This document shows positions 1-6,320 of a stretch of DNA of 7,017 nt, in pieces (positions within the stretch are counted from its first letter, which is position 1; every line of letters starts with the position of its first letter). The notes beneath the pieces are model-generated. The model worked only from the letters and a program-made list of their open reading frames with translations. It did no database searches and had not been told where the DNA came from. The DNA lies in contig NW_021829034.1 in the NCBI RefSeq assembly GCF_006345805.1, positions 1 through 7,017 on the forward strand. The letters run 5' to 3'. The translations under genes were made by a program, and so were the position numbers. The stretch is from Octopus sinensis (taxonomy: Eukaryota).

Positions 1-805
1 TCTGCTCGACACCCTCTTTGCTCTTCCCCTCCCCTCCCCGCACTCTTGTCTTAACTTCTCCCCGACTCCCCTATTTTCAACCTACCCTGTCCTCTTCCCA
101 ACCTCTTTCCATACCTGCCCTCTCCTCCTTCCCTGTCAACCCCTGTCCCTTCCTTCCTCCTCCTCTTTTCCCACTAATCGCCTCCTTCTTCCTCTCCTTA
201 TGTCTCCCTCCCCTCTCCTACTTCCATATCTTCCCCTCCGTTTATCCTCCGTGTCTTAACTTCTCCCCGTTTCCCCTATTTTCAACCTACCCTGTCCTCT
301 TCCATACCCGCCCTCTCCTCCTTCCCTATCAACCCCTGTCCCTTCCATTCCTCCTGCACCTTCCTTCCCCTCCTCTTTCCCCACTACACGCCCCCTTCTT
401 CCTCCCCTTAATTCTCCCTCCCCTCTCCTACTTCCACATCTTCCCAACCACTTCCTTTCATTCCCTACTCCCACCTCCCTTCCCCACTCCCCCTCTTTCC
501 ATTCCCAAGGCCCTTCTTCCCTCTCCCACTCCCCTCCTTCCCTATCTACCCCGTCCCTTTCTATCCCTCCCTGCACCATCCTTCCCCTCCTTCATTTCCC
601 CTCTCACTCTCCTCTTTCCCTCTCCCCTTATCTCTTCCTCTCCTCTCCTACACCCCTATCACCCATCCCTTTCTTTTTCTCCCACCCCACCTCCTTCCCC
701 TCCTTCCTTTTTCTTCCCTCTCCTCCCACCTCTTCCCCACACACCCATTCCTTCTTTATCCCAACCTTCCTTCTTTTCTCTACCTCCCTTTTCTTCACCT
801 CTCCC
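1..805. repeat. Polypyrimidine (C/T-rich) low-complexity tract with a cryptic ~205-217 bp tandem period
   Basis: The + strand is mostly C/T with very little G. TGTCTTAACTTCTCCC...CCCCTATTTTCAACCTACCCTGTCCTCTTCC starts at both 47 and 252. Bases 47-235 align with 252-445 with indels, and 541-600 aligns with about 324-381. Confidence 0.9.
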
Positions 806-808
806 AAG

Positions 809-895
809 CGGAACAAACGTTCCGTTCAAGGTCAACATGTAACGCTTATTGTTATTACCGTTACGGACAGGTTGCCGTTGCCGAAAGGGGGCGGG
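809..895. promoter_or_regulatory. Possible intronic cis-regulatory motif cluster
   Basis: There are 9 CpGs in 809-893. Motifs are TCAAGGTCA (NR5A/ERR-type extended half-site) at 826-834, GTTGCC twice at 871-882 (RFX half-site-like) and the GC box GGGGGCGGG at 887-895. These are motif matches only. Confidence 0.2.
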
Positions 896-907
896 TAACA
901 ATGTCAG

Positions 908-1012
908 CGACAACAAGGACAATAACAACGACGATGATGATGAGAGGGGTGACAGTAGTGGTGGTGGCGGTGGTGGTGGTGGTGGTCGTCGTCGTGGCGG
1001 TGGTGCTGTTGT
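908..1012. repeat. Mixed trinucleotide repeat (ACA/GAT/GTG/GTC)
   Basis: Direct reading. It explains the poly-Thr and poly-Val ORFs in the track. Confidence 0.9.
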
Positions 1013-1137
1013 TCCGTAAAGCAGCTTTTTGGGCGTTTATTAGAAACCCGCTCCTTTGCTTTGGGGGAAAAAATTTCAAATCACTAAGAGGTTAGACATA
1101 AACATACATACATAGATGTATAGACGCATATTTATTA

Positions 1138-1236
1138 CATATATATATATATACACACCACCCACACACACACACCACACATATATATATATATATATAT
1201 AATATATATATATAATATATTATATATATATATATA
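1138..1236. repeat. Compound (AT)n/(CA)n microsatellite
   Basis: Direct reading. Confidence 0.95.
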
Positions 1237-1530
1237 GCAGCAAATTAAGGAACGGCCATAATAGGCCGTTCAACCCACTAGACAATAACAGCCAAGGCTT
1301 CAACCGCAAAATAGTGGTAATTCTGTAAATCAGGAGAAAATTAAAAAAAACATTTACCCTGTTTCACTTTATACAATGCATTGTTTCATCGTTTTTTTTA
1401 ATGGTAAATCAGCCTGATTAAATTAAATCAAGCTAACTTCCATAGGCCAACAGACTCATCAGTAAAGTAAGCCAGGAGGGAGAGATATTTACACGAGGCA
1501 GCACCACTACCGCTTCGGCAATATCTAACC

Positions 1531-1612
<82 letters not shown>

Positions 1613-1658
1613 GGTGGTGGTGGTGGTGGTGGTAGTAGTAGTGGTGGTGGTGGTGGTG

Positions 1659-1698
<40 letters not shown>
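1531..1698. repeat. Compound trinucleotide microsatellite (TAG)24(TGG)10(TAG)3(TGG)9(TAG)10
   Basis: 56 in-register triplets counted directly. Confidence 0.97.
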
Positions 1699-1700
<2 letters not shown>

Positions 1701-1747
1701 AGATTCCAATGAAAAAGTGTTTATTTTTTTTCCTTTCTATTTTCCAG

Positions 1748-1867
1748 ATATCAACGAATGCGACGTGAGGAACGGGGGCTGTGAAGAGATTTGCTTAAAC
1801 ACCCCGGGGAGCTTCTACTGCGCCTGCCATAAGGGGTTCAAACTCACCGAGCAGACATCATGCAGTG
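1748..1867 (+). CDS. Internal coding exon: calcium-binding EGF-like module (D)[39 protein letters not shown]
   Basis: A polypyrimidine tract and CAG (AG 1746-1747) precede it, and donor GTGAGG starts at 1868. It is 120 nt and phase 1-1, with six Cys, the DINEC calcium motif and the Asx-hydroxylation consensus C-L-N-x4-F-Y-C. The parent gene (MEGF6-, SCUBE-, fibulin- or LRP-like NGGC-type array) cannot be named. Confidence 0.95.
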
Positions 1868-1958
1868 GTGAGGACACAGAGCAGTTCTTGTTTGATTTCC
1901 TTTTTTTAAATTCAAGCATATAATGTATGTTTTTGTGTGTATATATAGTTTTATAAAT

Positions 1959-2345
1959 ATACGATGTAGTGTATCCCTTTTGTTACTAACCCGGCCAAAA
2001 CTGCCTCTGGCTCTGTGGTAAAATGTCTTGTTTTCATAAGTTTTGAATTAAAATCTTCCACCAAACCTTAGTCACAATTTATGTTCCTGACACTAGCTTA
2101 ATGATAACCAAGTTATTTTACTAAATTCTTTGTTATATTTAAAATAATTGAAAGAAACACAGAACTTCTCAACAGAAATACAGTAACGAAAGGGTTAAAC
2201 ACATAAGGAATCCACTTATAGCACGCTAGAAAGAACAGCTAGGTTCTGTAAACCACAAAAATAAAGGATAAAATTTGGAAATGAAAAACATTTACCATCC
2301 CTATAAGTGGATCCCTTATGTGTTTAAATATACACTACATCGTAT
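1959..2345. mobile_element. Fold-back non-autonomous element with 45-bp inverted arms; left arm interrupted by a MITE
   Basis: The reverse complement of 2301-2345 is ATACGATGTAGTGTAT-AT-TTAAACACATAAGGGATCCACTTATAG. The first 16 nt match 1959-1974 (16/16) and the last 27 nt match 2195-2221 (26/27). Confidence 0.75.
1975..2194. mobile_element. piggyBac-type MITE, 220 bp
   Basis: TIRs are CCCTTTTGTTACT (1975-1987) and AGTAACGAAAGGG (2182-2194), 12/13 complementary, with CCC...GGG termini. TTAA follows the right end (2195-2198) but is missing on the left. Confidence 0.75.
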
Positions 2346-2477
2346 GACTAATATATAGTCTTCTTGACTAATTTTTTTTACACGTTAGACCACTGGAAAT
2401 GTAAATTTTGATTGAATGTTTTAATTTTAATTAAATTTCATTTCCCTTTGATATGATTAAATACTGTAGGTTTTATA

Positions 2478-2588
2478 AATATATATATATGCACATGCAT
2501 ACATGTTCACACATATATCTGCAGGCACATACATATATACATACATGCATATATATACATTATATATATATATATGTGTGTGTATGTG

Positions 2589-2621
<33 letters not shown>
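2478..2621. repeat. Degenerate (TA)/(CA) repeat ending in (GT)15
   Basis: Direct reading. Confidence 0.9.
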
Positions 2622-2623
<2 letters not shown>

Positions 2624-2845
2624 GGATAAGATCGTTAATTTAAATTAAATAATGATCTTGTCAAGTGGCCAGCATGGAAATAAAAACCTTCAAAGGTAAT
2701 AATTATTATTAAAATTATAACTTAGGGTATGTAAGAGATAACGCCCTGCTGAAAATAGCAGCCAGAATCTGATTCTAAAACCACCTTAAGAAGAGAGACA
2801 AAAGACAAAATAAAACTAGCAAAAAATTACTAGATAATTTACTGG

Positions 2846-2856
2846 ATATATATTAT

Positions 2857-2898
<42 letters not shown>

Positions 2899-3024
2899 AT
2901 ATATGTATTATATATATATATATATTATATATATATCATATATATATATATATATAGATATTTGTATGTATGTATGTATATATATATAATATATATATAT
3001 AGATAATATATATATATTACATAA

Positions 3025-3056
<32 letters not shown>

Positions 3057-3167
3057 ATAAATACATATAATATATATATATATATAATATATACATAAAT
3101 ATACATATATATATATATATATATATACATAAATATACATATATATATATATATATGTATATTTATG

Positions 3168-3221
<54 letters not shown>

Positions 3222-3229
3222 ATATATAC

Positions 3230-3267
<38 letters not shown>

Positions 3268-3312
3268 TATATAGATATATATATATAAGTATATATATAT
3301 ATATATATATAT
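2846..3312. repeat. Long interrupted (TA)n array with recurring TACATAAATA(TA)CAT sub-units
   Basis: Direct reading. It produces the Ile/Tyr ORFs in the track. Confidence 0.97.
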
Positions 3313-3524
3313 GAACAGTGACATACAGAAACCCAATCCATCACTGGAACTGTAAAAATTGTTAAAAATTTCTAGAAGTTTATTGTTAAAATATTAAAAG
3401 CATGTCTAGATATGCAACTATGTGTATGAGAATGCATACATAAAGCAAAACGTACAAATCTGCACACACACACATTTACTTAGGGGTTTTTTTAGTGTTT
3501 GTTTTGTTATTTTATTTTTCCCAG

Positions 3525-3644
3525 ACATCAATGAATGCGACCACATGAACGGAGGATGCAACCATCGCTGTAACAACACAATTGGTGGACACATGTGTTT
3601 CTGTTACCATGGCTACAATCTACAAAACAACACCCTGTGTATCG
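3525..3644 (+). CDS. Internal coding exon: EGF-like module (D)INECDHMNGGCNHRCNNTIGGHMCFCYHGYNLQNNTLCI
   Basis: Acceptor TTTTTCCCAG (AG 3523-3524) and consensus donor GTAAGT at 3645. It is 120 nt, phase 1-1, with six Cys. It splices in frame to the previous exon (G+AC = Asp, ...TSCSDINECDH...) across a 1657-nt intron. Confidence 0.95.
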
Positions 3645-3717
3645 GTAAGTGATCAGTCGCTTCAGTAGACTTTGCGTGACTGTGTGTCGCTTTGCGCTCG
3701 CGCACGTCTGTATATGT

Positions 3718-3720
<3 letters not shown>

Positions 3721-3776
<56 letters not shown>
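3721..3776. repeat. (TG)28 microsatellite
   Basis: Direct reading. It starts 76 nt after the donor. Confidence 0.97.
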
Positions 3777-3778
<2 letters not shown>

Positions 3779-4063
3779 TGTGGGGGTGTATGTCATTGTG
3801 TGAAAGTGTGTGCCTCACTGTGCTAGTAATGCTGTTACTGTTTAGCCCCAGGTCAGTCCTGGTCCAAAAGACCTATGATCAGAGATGTTCCAGCTGTGAC
3901 CATCCCATCTTTTATTCAGGCATAGTGTACCTTGGACTTTATTATTCAATGTATTGAACAGCAGTCAGATACCTTGTTAAATTTCTTCTAACCATTTGAA
4001 GCCTTTTCAAATATTCACCAGAATATTATGAATGTAATATAAATAAATAAATAACAAACATTG

Positions 4064-4209
4064 TTATTTCTTTACTACCCACAAGGAGCTATACACAGAG
4101 GGGACAACAAGGACAGACAAGGGATTAAGTTGATTATATCGACCCCAGTGCGTAACTGGTACTCATTTAATTGACCCCGAAAGGATTGAAAGGCAAAGTC
4201 GACCCCAGT
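4064..4209 (-). mobile_element. Headless central/3' fragment of a second SINE family
   Basis: The minus strand reads GGTCGACTTTGCCTTTCAATCCTTTCGGGGTCAATTAAATGAGTACCAG. I recall this as a conserved central domain of metazoan tRNA-derived SINEs (possibly the Meta domain). The assignment is from memory and was not searched. Confidence 0.55.
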
Positions 4210-4355
4210 ACCTATTCTTTGTAAGTCTAGTACTTATTCTATCGGTCTCTTTTACCGAACCACTAAGTTACGGGGACGTAACACAACACCAGATCGGTTG
4301 TCAAGCGATGTTGGTGGGACAAAACACAGTCACACAAACATACACACACACACAC

Positions 4356-4439
<84 letters not shown>

Positions 4440-4614
4440 ACATATATACGACGGGCTTCTTTCAGTTTCCGTCTACCAAATCCACTCACAAGGCTTTGGT
4501 CGGCGTGATGAGACTATAGTATAAGACACTTGCCCAAGGTGCCACGCAATGGGACTGAACCCGGAACCATGTGGTTGGTAAGCAAGCTACTTACCACACA
4601 GCCACTCCTACGCC
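4199..4614 (-). mobile_element. tRNA-derived SINE with internal (CA)n(TA)n microsatellite
   Basis: The minus strand starts GGCGTAGGAG. A-box-like TGGCTGTGTGG is at 4604-4594 and B-box-like GGTTCAGTCCC at 4561-4551, at tRNA-like spacing, followed by CACCTTGGGCAAGTGTC. The microsatellite spans about 4340-4448. The 3' boundary is inferred. Confidence 0.8.
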
Positions 4615-4738
4615 TATGTACAAAATAATGAACAGAATAGATTTAATAGACCGTAAAGCGTGACTGATACATTATATTCAGACTGAGATATTATATTCTC
4701 CCCACTCACTGATACAAGGTAAGCAAAAAGTGCATTCG

Positions 4739-4824
4739 ACCATAAAACCATTTCAAATAAAAACTAAAAATAGCCGTAGCTAACGAGTCAGAACTGAAGA
4801 GCACGTGGCATATACGTGTGTGTG
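4739..4824 (+). repeat. Left copy of a long-range inverted repeat (partner 6191-6278)
   Basis: Three blocks match the reverse complement of 6191-6278 at 37/38, 13/13 and 24/25, separated by two indels. Confidence 0.9.
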
Positions 4825-4888
4825 TGTGTATGTGTGTGTGTGTGTGTGTGTGTAATTAATTAATTAAAAAGAAAACGGAGTATAAAAG

Positions 4889-5512
4889 CGATAATAAATC
4901 TCTGAGCGAGGTATAAACATTATTAGCTGCACGACATCATGAAGTATATTTGCCACTTAAATGTGACTAACCCCTAAGGGTGGATGCTACTGTAGCTTGT
5001 AGTCCCAGGAGGACACCTCCTCTAGCTTGGCTGTTGACACACTTTATTTTGTGTGTAGTGACAATGTTTTTAGAGTGTGTCAATAGCCAGCTGAAGGAGG
5101 TATCCTCCTGGGGCTACAAGCTACAATAGCATCCACCTTTAGGGGTTAGCCACATTTAAGTGGAAAATATACTTCACGATGTCATGCAGCTACTGTTTAT
5201 ATCTCGCTCAAAGATTTATTATTGCTTGTTTACACTTTTTCGATATCAGTGACATTTCGTCACTGGAAAAATGATATATATTTGCAAAGAGAGGCTTACC
5301 GCTGATTGTCATATGCTGATGACAGGTCAATACCCAGAAACTCGAGTCCGTGTGCATCATAGGTTGAAGACGGAAAGGATGGCTTCCCTTTGCAAATACT
5401 GATAGGGCACAGAAAGTGTGTCAATAGCCAGCTGGAGGTGGTGTCCTCCTGGGGCTACAAGCTACAGTAGCATCCACCCTTAGGGGTTAGCCACAAGTGG
5501 CAAATATAATTC
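4889..5512 (+). mobile_element. Retrozyme-like / non-autonomous Penelope-type insertion
   Basis: ACGGAGTATAAAAG flanks it at 4875-4888 and 5513-5526. Bases 4889-5043 are the reverse complement of 5074-5224 (15 substitutions, 4 gap positions in 155 columns). Bases 5074-5178 repeat directly at 5415-5515 (7 substitutions, one 4-nt gap), giving a period of 341. A hammerhead motif lies inside and there is no ORF. Confidence 0.75.
5303..5359 (+). ncRNA. Minimal type I hammerhead ribozyme motif, possibly degenerate
   Basis: CUGAUGA at 5316-5322, helix II GGU-CAAU-ACC at 5325-5334, GAAA at 5337-5340 and C-UCGA-G-U-C at 5341-5348, with predicted cleavage after C5348. Helix I is CAUAUG 5310-5315 with CGUGUG 5349-5354 (4 WC + 2 GU), extended by UGAU 5303-5306 with AUCA 5356-5359. 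Two mismatches sit at the base of helix II. Confidence 0.8.
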
Positions 5513-5533
5513 ACGGAGTATAAAAGACTACAT

Positions 5534-5651
5534 GAAAACGTAGTACATGCAAAGTATTAATGAGTCGCTCAGAGAAGGAAAGAAAGAAAGAGTGGTTGGT
5601 TTTCGTTTCGTGCTAAGCTCTTCTTCGGGAACAGGAGACATAGGAAAGTCC
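5534..5651 (-). mobile_element. Short Penelope pLTR-like fragment with a decayed hammerhead-like core
   Basis: It is flanked by AAAAGACTACAT at 5522-5533 and 5652-5663. The minus strand at 5628-5601 reads CCGAAGA-A-GAGC-TTA-GCAC-GAAAC-GAAA, which is close to CUGAAGA-helix II-GAAACGUH but mutated. Confidence 0.45.
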
Positions 5652-5777
5652 AAAAGACTACATACACATACACACACATATATATATATATGGGTGAGAG
5701 AGTTGGTATGGGGTAGAAAGGGCTCCTTAGCCGTAGTGAAGGCAATCTATCTAGGGAGATAACCTTATAATAAATCA

Positions 5778-5885
5778 CTCGGTCCGTAGCTTAGAAATAC
5801 TGGGTTGACGTCCAGCGGGAACAGCTTTGTTTCATGGAGGAGGGAAGATCTTCTTTAGTACTTGGTTGTACAATGCTTTCCAATG
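5778..5885 (-). pseudogene. Possible remnant of a Penelope-like ORF (RT to GIY-YIG linker)
   Basis: The translation HWKALYNQVLKKIFPPP*NKAVPAGRQPSISKLRTE resembles my recollection of the PLE linker HWxxLxxxxxLKxIFPxPPxxAxRRxPNLxxLLVR. It has an internal stop and was not searched. Confidence 0.35.
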
Positions 5886-6190
5886 TGTGCAGTAGTGGCG
5901 CGCGCACACATTATTAGCCATTTGAAAAGACTATGAGTCTCGACCACGGTCGAACAATGATGATGATGATGAGAAAGTACGTTGTTGGATGTATAAAAAA
6001 CAAAATAGAATGAAAAAAACAATAGAGGACTTGTATTACTTGATAAAAGAATATATTTAAATCGTCATCTTAAGAAAACGTTATAAAATTTTGTGTGTAC
6101 TGACACTGTTTTGGGAGAATTAACCGGTTTTGTATTGTTTTTTTTTCAAATTTCTCAAATTTCTTTACCGATATTGTGTCATCTCTTCAC

Positions 6191-6278
6191 CACACACACG
6201 TATGTGCCACGTGCTTATGGTGGTGTTTTCAGTTCTGACTCGGCTATTTTTAGTTTTTATTTGAAATGGCTTTATGGT
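6191..6278 (-). repeat. Right copy of the long-range inverted repeat (partner 4739-4824)
   Basis: See the left copy. Confidence 0.9.
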
Positions 6279-6320
6279 TTTTTCATTCTATTTTGTTGTG
6301 TGTATATATATATATACCTC

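Noticed and set aside
18-928. ORFs 18-842 (+), 256-579 (-), 628-816 (-) and 659-928 (-)
   Set aside because: They are by-products of the C/T-only strand, which has few stop codons. The Pro/Leu/Ser/Phe or Gly/Glu/Arg composition has no domain signal.
861-1095. Poly-Thr (mucin-like) and poly-Val (transmembrane-like) ORFs
   Set aside because: They are translations of the GTG/ACA triplet repeat, with no convincing splice sites.
1420-1462. CTGATGAG on the minus strand as a possible hammerhead
   Set aside because: There is no helix II closed by GAAA and no UH site or helix I.
2908-3344. Ile/Tyr-rich ORFs, and similar His/Thr or Cys/Val ORFs at 3528-3818 and 4298-4519
   Set aside because: They are dinucleotide microsatellite translations.
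3603-3616. GTTACCATGGCTAC, similar to an RFX X-box
   Set aside because: It lies within the exon, is explained by the codons for C-Y-H-G-Y, and is imperfect.
3841-3925. Stretch that resembles a recalled octopus dispersed repeat
   Set aside because: There are no termini, boxes or second copy in the window to support a call.
4531-4614. Possible tRNA gene on the minus strand
   Set aside because: It has A/B boxes but no proper cloverleaf acceptor stem, and it runs on into SINE body sequence.
4794-4820. CTGAAGA followed by hairpin GCACGT/ACGTGT as a possible hammerhead
   Set aside because: It is followed by (GT)n instead of GAAA, and the inverted partner copy does not keep CTGAAGA.
5238-5265. 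Minus-strand GACGAAATGTC-ACTGATATCGAAA as a possible antisense hammerhead
   Set aside because: The core would be CUGAUAU instead of CUGANGA and there is no room for helix I. It is only a hairpin.
4889-5515. Three related copies with spacers as a possible CRISPR-like array or a plain MITE
   Set aside because: The copies are 100-155 bp and mixed in orientation, in eukaryotic DNA. A plain MITE would not explain the third direct copy, the hammerhead or the 14-bp flanks.
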